A DNA stretch of 32,000 nt from Gracilibacillus alcaliphilus. Lineage in GTDB: Bacteria > Bacillota > Bacilli > Bacillales > Amphibacillaceae. Location of the stretch: positions 169,879 to 201,878 of the forward strand of contig NZ_JAFBFA010000004.1 of the NCBI RefSeq assembly GCF_016909015.1, read 5' to 3'. The notes below the pieces were generated by a model that was given only the letters and a program-made list of their open reading frames with translations, was not told the origin of the DNA and did no database searches. Both the position numbers and the translations under genes were made by a program. Of the stretch, positions 20,349-27,655 are shown piece after piece; positions within the stretch are counted from its first letter, which is position 1, and each line of letters begins with the position of its first letter.

Positions 20349-21129
20349 ATATAATCACCTTTACATTTCATTTTAAGAGATTTCTTTCCACTAAAAAAAG
20401 CGTTACCTAAGAAAAGCCAAGAAGTGTGTACTTGGTACTTTGCTGTTTGACAGGCGAGATATCTGCTTCTCTTACAGACTAACTCTTATTTTTATTGTTA
20501 GAAAGATTAGTTAACTTACTTCTTGCAGGGGCAGCGTTTATTGCTTGCCTCATCTTTTGTTGTGGAAAATACACGTAAACATAAGTTAGTGGAAGAAATA
20601 TGCACATATAGTTTTTTTACTGGGTTGCACATGTTTGCACAAACTCACAAAGTACGACATATTTCTGGAGCACCTAATGCTTCCCGAACTTCTATACGTT
20701 GAATAAAAAAGGATAACCATTCTCAATTGATGGTTTTAATAAGTTGTATTAGTACATATGTCTCTATGGTAAAATATTCTGTCCTATTATGTAATAACAT
20801 ATCTCCATAACCTTCTACATTATAACATTAATTTCGTTATTTTTCGGCTAAATTTTTATTACAATTTCATTTCAATGGGAATAAATTAGAGAGAAGAGGA
20901 AAAATAAGCCTTATTGCTTTTGGAAAAATCCCTTTTCATCTGCTTTTATATTGATTTTTAAATTTGAACAAATGATGAACTCTTTTATCATTTGGAGCAT
21001 GCACCTGTTAAATCCCCCCGCATTGTATCATTAAACAAACAACCATTTTTCGTCAAAATGCTCTATTAAAGTGGGAGATGGTACTAATAAGCAAATAAGG
21101 GGGAAAAATGCGAAGAAAAATCCTGTAGA

Positions 21130-21194
21130 AAATAAAAAACGATAGGAGGAAGTACTATGTTGTTTCCAGACCAAGCTACTCACTCTCTATCGTT
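21130..21194 (-). terminator. Probable terminator of prfB (long interrupted stem)
   Basis: On the minus strand AACGATAGAGAG pairs with CTCCTATCGTT (~12 bp, one G-U) plus an inner 4-bp extension. TTTTTATTTTC follows. It begins 14 nt after the prfB stop. Confidence 0.45.
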
Positions 21195-21207
21195 ATACTA
21201 TTCTCGT

Positions 21208-22312
21208 TTATTCATTTACTACTGATCGTAAATAAGCGTCAACAAACTCATCAATCTCGCCGTCCATTACGGCTTGTGTGTTACCTGTTTCTTGATCTGT
21301 TCGGTGATCTTTCACCATGGAATACGGGTGGAAAACATAAGAACGGATCTGACTTCCCCATCCTATTTCTTTTTGTTCCCCACGAATGGCAGCCATCTCT
21401 TGCTTTTGTTTATCTATTTCTAATTGATACAGTTTGGCTTTCAACATCTTCATCGCTTGCTCACGATTTTTTATTTGCGAACGTTCTGATTGACACGTCA
21501 CAACTGTATTGGTTGGCAGGTGGGTAATCCTGACAGCAGAGTCTGTCGTATTGACATGCTGTCCCCCAGCGCCACTGGAACGGTAGGTATCAATTTTGAT
21601 ATCATCAGCATTTACTTCAATATCTATATCATCATCTAATTCAGGTGTTACATCACACGATACAAAAGAAGTATGGCGTCGGCCAGATGAGTCAAAAGGT
21701 GAAATTCGCACTAAGCGGTGTACACCCTTTTCAGCTTTTAGGTAACCGTAGGCATTATGTCCTTTGATCAACAAGGTAACACTTTTCACACCGGCCTCTT
21801 CACCTGGGAGATAATCCAAGGTTTCGACTTTATATCCTTTAGCATCTGCCCATCTCGTATACATACGTAACAGCATACTGGCCCAATCTTGAGATTCCGT
21901 TCCGCCAGCACCTGGGTGCAGCTCTAATATTGCATTGTTTTTGTCATATGGTTCATTAAGCAGAATAAATAATTCAAATTGATTGAGAGCCTCTCCTAAG
22001 GCTTGGGCTTCTGCCTCCAGTTCTTGATGAAGCTCCTCATCATTTTCTTCTTTTACTAATTCATAAGAGACCTCCGCATTCTCCAATGCTTCCTCATTTT
22101 TATCGAAGGTGTCTACTAATTCCTTTAAACCATTGGATTCAGCTATCAGCTTCTGTGCTTGCTGTTGATCATCCCAAAAGTTTGGATCAGCCATTTGTTC
22201 CTCTAACTCAGCAATACGGGCTCTCTTTACATCTAAGTCAAAGAGACCCCCTAAAATCCGCTAACCGATTAGCCATTTTGTTTAACTGTTGTTTAATTTC
22301 TACTAATTCCAT
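21208..22312 (-). CDS. prfB: Peptide chain release factor 2 (RF2), expressed by programmed +1 ribosomal frameshift
   Basis: ORF0 runs from ATG 22312 ([24 protein letters not shown]) to an in-frame TGA at 22240-22238. The +1 frame then continues [22 protein letters not shown] into the 328-aa ORF. GGQ (SGAGGQHVN) and SPF motifs are present. GAGGTGGA SD upstream. Confidence 0.93.
22237..22252 (-). promoter_or_regulatory. RF2 autoregulatory +1 frameshift site
   Basis: Minus strand reads AGGGGGtctCTTTGAC: an internal SD-like AGGGGG, a 3-nt spacer, then the slippery CTT TGA C. Confidence 0.9.
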
Positions 22313-22326
22313 TCTTCCACCTCATC

Positions 22327-24837
22327 TTATCTTCCGTGACAGTGTTTGTATTTTTTTCCGCTGCCACAAGGGCATGGGTCATTTCTGCCTACTTCCTGCG
22401 CCTTCACAAATGGTTTCTTGACTTTCTTCTTCTCACTGGTATCGCCTGAAACTTCCTGTGTGTCTTTTACTACTGCTTCACGTTTAATATTCTCTCTGAT
22501 TTGAGCCTTCATAATGTACTTCGCGACTTCTTCATTAATATTCATAACCATGTCCTCAAACATAGCGAAGCCTTCCATTTGATATTCGCGCAATGGATCA
22601 TTCTGACCGTATGCACGCAAATGAATTCCTTGACGGAGCTGATCCATTTGGTCAATATGGTCCATCCATTTCGTGTCAACAGTACGAAGTAAAATAACCT
22701 TCTCAAACTCACGCATTTTCTCAGGTGTAAATTCTTCCTCTTTATAATCATACTTCTCATTAATTTTTTTCATGACCAATTCGATAATGTCTTGATTATC
22801 TTTTCCTTTGAGGTCACTTTCCTTGATCCATTCTTCCTCTAACAAGTTAGCATGAATATACTCGATCAAACCAGATGTATTCATACCTTCTTCTGTATCT
22901 TCAGCAATATATGAATTAACCGTATGCTCCACAGATGTGCGGATCATTTGCTCAATAATACCACGGAGGTTATCAGAATCAATTACATCAAAACGTTGTT
23001 TATAGATAATCTCACGTTGTTGACGCAAAACATCATCATAGGAAAGGACTGTTTTACGGGCATCATAGTTGTTTCCTTCAACTCGTTTTTGTGCCGATTC
23101 TACTGCTCTTGATACCATCTTGCTTTCGATCGGCTGCGAATCATCCATACCTAGACGGTCCATCGCCTTCTTCATGTTATCAGAACCAAAACGGCGCATT
23201 AACTCATCTTCCATAGAAAGATAAAACTGTGTAATACCCGGGTCTCCCTGGCGCCCGGAACGACCACGCAGCTGATTATCAATCCGTCTTGATTCATGTC
23301 GTTCTGTACCAATAACGGCAAGTCCGCCTAGTTCACGAACACCTTTCCCAAGTTTAATATCTGTACCACGTCCAGCCATATTAGTCGCAATCGTTACTGC
23401 ATATTGCTGACCCGCATTTTCAATAATTTCTGCTTCACGGTAGTGGTTTTTTGCATTTAAGACATTATGTTTAATGCCTGCCTTTTTTAATAGGCTTGAA
23501 ATCAATTCTGATGTTTCTACAGCCACTGTACCTACTAGAACCGGCTGTCCGACTTGATGGCGCTGATTAATTTCTTCCACAACAGCCTTAAACTTGCCAC
23601 CCATTGTCTTATAAATTAAATCAGGTCTGTCCTCACGGATGATCTCTTTATTAGTTGGAATGACAATAACATCCATGGCATAGATACTGCGGAATTCTTC
23701 CTCTTCTGTCTTGGCTGTACCAGTCATACCAGCAAGCTTTCCATACATCCGGAAATAGTTTTGAAATGTAATCGAAGCTAATGTCATGCTTTCATTTTGG
23801 ATAGGCAGTCCTTCTTTTGCCTCAATAGCTTGATGAAGACCATCGCTATATCGACGCCCTTTCATTAGTCGGCCTGTGAATTGATCAACAATCACCACTT
23901 GGTCTTCCTCTACCACATAATCTGTATCTTTGTGCATAGACACATGTGCTTTCAGTGCCTGATTAATATGGTGAGTGAGCGAAACATTATTGAGATCAAA
24001 TAAATTATCGACTTTAAAGAACTTCTCTGCTTTGGTCATACCATCTTCTGACAATTGCACTGCTTTTGTCTTCTCATCATATGTGTAGTCATCTTCTTGT
24101 TTTAATGTGCGGACAAACATATTGGCTTGCTGATACAAACTGGCCGATTTTTGTGCCGTACCAGAAATAATCAGTGGTGTTCTTGCTTCATCAATAAGAA
24201 TGGAATCGACCTCATCTATGATAGCATAGTGCAATGAGCGCTGTACCATTTGTTCTTTGTACAGTACCATATTATCACGTAAATAATCAAAACCAAACTC
24301 ATTGTTGGTACCATACGTAATATCTGCTGCATATGCGTCACGCTTAGCATCCTTGTCCATCCCATTTTGGTTCAGTCCTACCGATAGCCCTAGGAATTGA
24401 TATAATTCTCCCATTTGACGTGCATCACGTTCAGCCAAATAATCATTAACCGTAATCACGTGTACACCTTCACCGGTCAAGGCATTTAAATAGGCAGGCA
24501 TAGTGGAGGCTAGTGTTTTACCTTCCCCTGTCTTCATCTCTGCAATATCACCTTTATGCATAGCAATAGCACCAAGCAGTTGAACATGGAACGGTCGCAT
24601 ACCTAATATTCGCTTAGAAGCCTCTCTAACTACTGCATATGCCTCTACCAAGAGATCATCCAATGATTCCCCTTGTTCATATCTTTGTTTAAATTCCTCT
24701 GTTTTATTGGTTAATTGATTATCTGATAGTTGTTGTATCGATGGCTCTAACGCATCTATTTCGTTTGCAAGCTTTTCCATAGTTTTCACTTGGCGTTGGG
24801 TACCATCACCGAATACTTTTTTCAATAATCCTCGCAT
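22327..24837 (-). CDS. secA: Preprotein translocase ATPase SecA
   Basis: 836 aa, collinear with B. subtilis SecA ([41 protein letters not shown]). C-terminal zinc-binding tail [14 protein letters not shown]. Confidence 0.97.
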   Translation of the reverse strand: MRGLLKKVFGDGTQRQVKTMEKLANEIDALEPSIQQLSDNQLTNKTEEFKQRYEQGESLDDLLVEAYAVVREASKRILGMRPFHVQLLGAIAMHKGDIAEMKTGEGKTLASTMPAYLNALTGEGVHVITVNDYLAERDARQMGELYQFLGLSVGLNQNGMDKDAKRDAYAADITYGTNNEFGFDYLRDNMVLYKEQMVQRSLHYAIIDEVDSILIDEARTPLIISGTAQKSASLYQQANMFVRTLKQEDDYTYDEKTKAVQLSEDGMTKAEKFFKVDNLFDLNNVSLTHHINQALKAHVSMHKDTDYVVEEDQVVIVDQFTGRLMKGRRYSDGLHQAIEAKEGLPIQNESMTLASITFQNYFRMYGKLAGMTGTAKTEEEEFRSIYAMDVIVIPTNKEIIREDRPDLIYKTMGGKFKAVVEEINQRHQVGQPVLVGTVAVETSELISSLLKKAGIKHNVLNAKNHYREAEIIENAGQQYAVTIATNMAGRGTDIKLGKGVRELGGLAVIGTERHESRRIDNQLRGRSGRQGDPGITQFYLSMEDELMRRFGSDNMKKAMDRLGMDDSQPIESKMVSRAVESAQKRVEGNNYDARKTVLSYDDVLRQQREIIYKQRFDVIDSDNLRGIIEQMIRTSVEHTVNSYIAEDTEEGMNTSGLIEYIHANLLEEEWIKESDLKGKDNQDIIELVMKKINEKYDYKEEEFTPEKMREFEKVILLRTVDTKWMDHIDQMDQLRQGIHLRAYGQNDPLREYQMEGFAMFEDMVMNINEEVAKYIMKAQIRENIKREAVVKDTQEVSGDTSEKKKVKKPFVKAQEVGRNDPCPCGSGKKYKHCHGR

Positions 24838-24901
24838 TCTAGCCGCTCCTCTTTTCCATCATGAAATCGATACATTTCCTTAAAATTATTTTCCATTCTT
24901 A

Positions 24902-24930
24902 ATCATAACACTTGCACCGCAAAATTGAAA
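24902..24930 (-). promoter_or_regulatory. Candidate extended -10 promoter of secA
   Basis: Minus strand reads TTTCAA (24930-24925), 17-nt spacer, TGTTATGAT (TGn + TATGAT, 24910-24902), ~65 nt upstream of the secA ATG. Confidence 0.35.
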
Positions 24931-24939
24931 ATATTCCGC

Positions 24940-24992
24940 AAAAAAAGAAGAAAGGAGGAGAATATAAGATTGGAGGGCGATCCTCCTCCTTC
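24940..24992 (-). terminator. Terminator-like GA/CU hairpin plus U-tract immediately upstream of the secA promoter
   Basis: On the minus strand GAAGGAGGAG (24992-24983) pairs with CTCCTCCTTT (24960-24951), 10 bp including one G-U, with a 22-nt loop. CTTCTTTTTTT follows. Confidence 0.45.
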
Positions 24993-25005
24993 GAAAAATG
25001 GAGTT
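24940..25005 (-). ncRNA. Hypothetical ~66-nt small RNA (promoter at 25012-25040, terminator at 24940-24992)
   Basis: TTGGAG, 17-nt spacer, TGgTATAAA on the minus strand, followed ~65 nt later by the hairpin and U-tract. The predicted loop and 3' arm carry CCCUCC and CUCCUCCUUUC. This is sequence-only inference. Confidence 0.25.
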
Positions 25006-25240
25006 ACCCTTTTTATACCACACTCTCCCCTAATCTCCAATTATCTAAAAAGGTAAATTGCTAATGATTAGACGTTAAGAAACCTGGTTTCTTTCAGCTG
25101 GAAATGTCTTTTTAGCAGGATAACCATTTATTAAAGTTTAAATACTGTTGTTTACCGGTACTTTTTGCAATAGCAAAAAAAGAAACCTTTCATCAAAAAA
25201 TTTTGGCTATAAGCCATTTTTTTCAATATAATTTTCCGCA

Positions 25241-25270
25241 TAAAAAAACGGTCCACCTAGGTAGACCGTC
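25241..25270 (-). terminator. Rho-independent terminator of hpf
   Basis: ACGGTC...GACCGT stem with inner ACC/GGT pairs. Seven T follow on the minus strand (plus-strand A-run 25242-25248). It lies 17 nt after the hpf stop. Confidence 0.6.
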
Positions 25271-25286
25271 CTTTCTAAGTATTATA

Positions 25287-25847
25287 TTAACTAGGCTCAA
25301 TTAGCCCGTATTTGCCATCCCTTCGGCGGTACACTACATTGGTATTACCTGTTACGGCATTTTCGAATACGAAGAAGGCATGTCCTAACATGTCCATTTG
25401 CAATACCGCTTCTTCAGAATCCATTGGTTTTAAATCAAACCGTTTTGTTCTTACAATTTCTATTTCATCTTCATCAAATTCATCTGTTTGTCTTGCCTCA
25501 ACTGCCTCTTTCTCTAGTTCAGCAAATACATGTTTTGGAGAACCTTGCTGACGGAATTTTCGATTTACTTTCGTTTTGTGTTTACGAATTTGTCTCTCTA
25601 ATTTGTCAACAACAAGATCAATCGCAGCATACAAATCAATGTGCTGTTCCTCTGCTCTCAACAGTAGATTGGACATTGGAATAGTCACCTCTATTTGCTG
25701 CTCCTCATTATAGACACTTATATTTACATTTACATCAGAAGTGGGAGGTGTATCGAAATATCTTTCAAGTTTCCCTATTTTACGTTCTACAAATTCCTTA
25801 ATTGCATTTGTTACTTCTACATTTTCTCCTCGGATGTTGTATTTCAT
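25287..25847 (-). CDS. hpf: Ribosome hibernation promoting factor, long form (HPF/YvyD)
   Basis: 186 aa. MKYNIRGENVEVTNAIKEFVERKIGKLERYFD closely resembles the B. subtilis YvyD N-terminus. The C-terminal dimerisation domain ends ...VVYRRRDGKYGLIEP. GGAGGA SD upstream. Confidence 0.93.
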   Translation of the reverse strand: MKYNIRGENVEVTNAIKEFVERKIGKLERYFDTPPTSDVNVNISVYNEEQQIEVTIPMSNLLLRAEEQHIDLYAAIDLVVDKLERQIRKHKTKVNRKFRQQGSPKHVFAELEKEAVEARQTDEFDEDEIEIVRTKRFDLKPMDSEEAVLQMDMLGHAFFVFENAVTGNTNVVYRRRDGKYGLIEPS

Positions 25848-25865
25848 AAAAAGTGTCCTCCTTTC

Positions 25866-25898
25866 AAACTATAAAGCTAACCTTTAGCTTTATAGTTT
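25866..25898. repeat. Perfect 15-bp inverted repeat (3-nt loop) between the hpf promoter and RBS
   Basis: AAACTATAAAGCTAA cct TTAGCTTTATAGTTT matches 15/15. It ends 4 nt upstream of the hpf SD. Confidence 0.85.
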
Positions 25899-25902
25899 AA
25901 TA

Positions 25903-25927
25903 ATACCACACTTTGGATAAGTTAAAC
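25903..25927 (-). promoter_or_regulatory. Sigma-B-type promoter upstream of hpf
   Basis: Minus strand reads GTTTAA (25927-25922), 13-nt spacer, TGGTAT (25908-25903), against the consensus GTTTAA-N12-15-GGGTAT. B. subtilis yvyD/hpf is a known sigma-B regulon member. Confidence 0.45.
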
Positions 25928-26125
25928 GAATAATATTCATAATTATTTTACAATTTCTTAACGAATAAAAAACATTAGCTTTTCCCCCTTGATTTACCTA
26001 ACTTTTCCTATCCGAACGAAAAGCGCAAAGGCCCTATTAAAAACGTAGAGATTGGGCTTCTGCAGGGGTTATTTTTTCTGAAATAGCTAATAATGGCGGG
26101 TATTGGATGTACTTACTTTACTTTT

Positions 26126-26160
26126 TAACAAAAACACTTCGTCATAGGGACGAAGTGTTT
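26126..26160 (-). terminator. Rho-independent terminator of the flaG-fliS-fliT unit
   Basis: Perfect 11-bp stem AACACTTCGTC / GACGAAGTGTT with a 5-nt loop. TTTTGTT follows on the minus strand. It overlaps the fliT-like stop. Confidence 0.65.
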
Positions 26161-26512
26161 ATTTCTTGGAATCCATAAATCTGCCATCAAAGCTGGCTAC
26201 ATGCTTGTATGGATTCAAATAAGAATCATTTGATTTCGATTGTTTCTTCGTATTGTGCATATCATGCTTGATATGCTTCATAACTAGTGCAAGTGCTTTT
26301 TCCAATTGCTGATCAAGCTCGACTGCCTGCTTGCCAAGTGCTATTTCGGATTCTGAAAAAGGCGGGCGGATATTATTTTTACTTTCTTCGCGTTTTGTGA
26401 TTAATTGCTCGATCCGCTCAATCAATCTGTCTCGTTCCTCTCTTTTTGCCTTGTCTATTAAATCCAATATTTGTTTCGTGGTGTCGATATAGGCGGTAAT
26501 ATGCTTTCTCAT
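26159..26512 (-). CDS. fliT: Putative flagellar export chaperone FliT
   Basis: 117-aa charged helical protein. Its ATG overlaps the fliS stop (ATGA), the position FliT occupies in Bacillus fliD-fliS-fliT operons. The assignment is positional; I recognise no diagnostic motif. The ORF-track start 26569 overlaps fliS by 60 nt. Confidence 0.5.
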   Translation of the reverse strand: MRKHITAYIDTTKQILDLIDKAKREERDRLIERIEQLITKREESKNNIRPPFSESEIALGKQAVELDQQLEKALALVMKHIKHDMHNTKKQSKSNDSYLNPYKHVASFDGRFMDSKK

Positions 26513-26907
26513 GCATTCACACCATTCCCGTGTTGTCTTACTCTCTCTTTTTGAACAACTTCCTTCCATGTGTTACGAAATTCCTCCATAATACCATAGG
26601 CTTGATCTAAGGCTTCAAGATCATCTTTTATATTAGCCTGTGTTAAAGAGTGGTAGGCAAAGTCATATAAAGGCATCATTTGCTTAGCAATCGCTGCATT
26701 AGGATCGAGAGTCACCATCAACTCACGAATAATATTCTGAGCTTTCTGAATCATCGTATTCTTTTTTTCGTAGTTATTCTCTTCCAGTGCCTTTCTTGCT
26801 TGTTTGATAAACTTTAAACAACCATTGTATAACATGAGTGTTAGTTCGCCTGGCGTGGCTGTATTCACAGAATTATTCTGGTATGCTTGATATTGTTGGT
26901 AAGCCAT
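26509..26907 (-). CDS. fliS: Flagellar export chaperone FliS
   Basis: 132 aa. AYQNNSVNTATPGELTLMLYNG ... KAQNIIRELMVTLD ... LYDFAYHSL is typical of FliS. Confidence 0.92.
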   Translation of the reverse strand: MAYQQYQAYQNNSVNTATPGELTLMLYNGCLKFIKQARKALEENNYEKKNTMIQKAQNIIRELMVTLDPNAAIAKQMMPLYDFAYHSLTQANIKDDLEALDQAYGIMEEFRNTWKEVVQKERVRQHGNGVNA

Positions 26908-26930
26908 ACAGAAACACTCCTCTTTTTCAC

Positions 26931-27311
26931 TTAAATTTTTTTATCTACTAAAAACCCCATATATTCAAACATTGATGCATAAAGATCTAACATCTTCTTC
27001 GGTGGTATTTCTTTCACCACTTCGTCGGTATCTTTATCTATGATAGTTACAAAATAGCGATCGAGCTTTTCATGCAGCTCATATCGAATCCCTGTATTGG
27101 CTGTTTCTAAAAATGAATTAATACCTTCGATCATATTTCCTAACTGTTCTTCTGTTACATCTGATTCTTGCGTTACCATGTTTGTATCTTGTGTCACTTT
27201 ACTTGTTGTTTGTTCATGGTTATTGGATCGCGCTCTTGCGGATTTGGATTGTTCAGATAGTATGCCTGATTGCATGAGTGGAGACCCAGTGATCATTTTA
27301 CCAATTTCCAT
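26931..27311 (-). CDS. flaG: Flagellar protein FlaG (YvyC-like)
   Basis: 126 aa. The C-terminal FlaG signature reads IRYELHEKLDRYFVTIIDKDTDEVVKEIPPKKMLDL. Confidence 0.85.
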   Translation of the reverse strand: MEIGKMITGSPLMQSGILSEQSKSARARSNNHEQTTSKVTQDTNMVTQESDVTEEQLGNMIEGINSFLETANTGIRYELHEKLDRYFVTIIDKDTDEVVKEIPPKKMLDLYASMFEYMGFLVDKKI

Positions 27312-27344
27312 GACAAAGTCAGCTCCTTATTCTCTTTTCTCTTA

Positions 27345-27370
27345 TTATCGGCAACTAACGAAAAATGTTA
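27345..27370 (-). promoter_or_regulatory. Sigma-D-type promoter upstream of flaG
   Basis: Minus strand reads TAAC (27370-27367), 14-nt spacer, GCCGATAA (27352-27345), against the consensus TAAA-N15-GCCGATAT. It lies ~35 nt upstream of the flaG ATG. Confidence 0.4.
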
Positions 27371-27429
27371 AATTGTTTTCTTAAGCTATTTAAGAAAATC
27401 TATTCATTACAATAAGAAACATCCTCTTG

Positions 27430-27458
27430 AAGAAAAATAGAGCCCAGACGGACTCTAC
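27430..27458 (-). terminator. Weak terminator after the yjfB-like gene
   Basis: Short imperfect stem TAGAGTCC...GGGCTCTA on the minus strand, followed by TTTTTCTTC. Confidence 0.4.
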
Positions 27459-27462
27459 TTGT

Positions 27463-27639
27463 TTAACCTTTCATATCAATCTGCTGGCCAAGATGAGGCT
27501 GGACAGAGCCTTCCATTAGCTTAATCATCTCTTCTGATTGGACTTGGGCTTGATCGATTGCTTTTTTCATCACGGCAATGTCTACCTGTTGTTTTAACTG
27601 GGACTGGTTCATCATCATCGATAAAGCTGCTATATCCAT
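27463..27639 (-). CDS. YjfB-like putative motility protein
   Basis: 58 aa. MDIAALSMMMNQSQLKQQVDIAVMKKAIDQAQ matches the YjfB_motility family pattern. The start at ATG 27639 follows GGGAGGAG; the ORF-track start 27678 overlaps the fliD 3' end. Confidence 0.75.
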   Translation of the reverse strand: MDIAALSMMMNQSQLKQQVDIAVMKKAIDQAQVQSEEMIKLMEGSVQPHLGQQIDMKG

Positions 27640-27655
27640 TAAGAAACTCCTCCCT

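Noticed and set aside
20349-21130. Degraded cytochrome c551 (cccB) pseudogene in the prfB-ftsE gap
   Set aside because: I could not support this idea. Scanning the minus-strand frames by eye gave no CxxCH motif (the closest is C-A-N-M-C-N) and no lipoprotein signal remnant. It is kept only as a hypothesis to test by BLASTX in the corresponding finding.
21157-21225. 22-codon plus-strand ORF preceded by TAGGAGGA, overlapping the prfB 3' end
   Set aside because: The SD-like sequence is the 3' arm of the prfB terminator stem, and the ORF runs into prfB on the antisense strand. It is almost certainly fortuitous.
24970-25056. 28-codon TTG-initiated plus-strand ORF with a strong AAAGGAGGAG 9 nt upstream
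   Set aside because: I did not call it as a CDS. The SD-like sequence is one arm of a GA/CU palindrome that also forms a terminator-like hairpin on the opposite strand. The ORF runs antisense to all neighbouring genes, has no visible promoter and has no recognisable peptide features. It is kept only as an alternative within the hpf-secA spacer finding.
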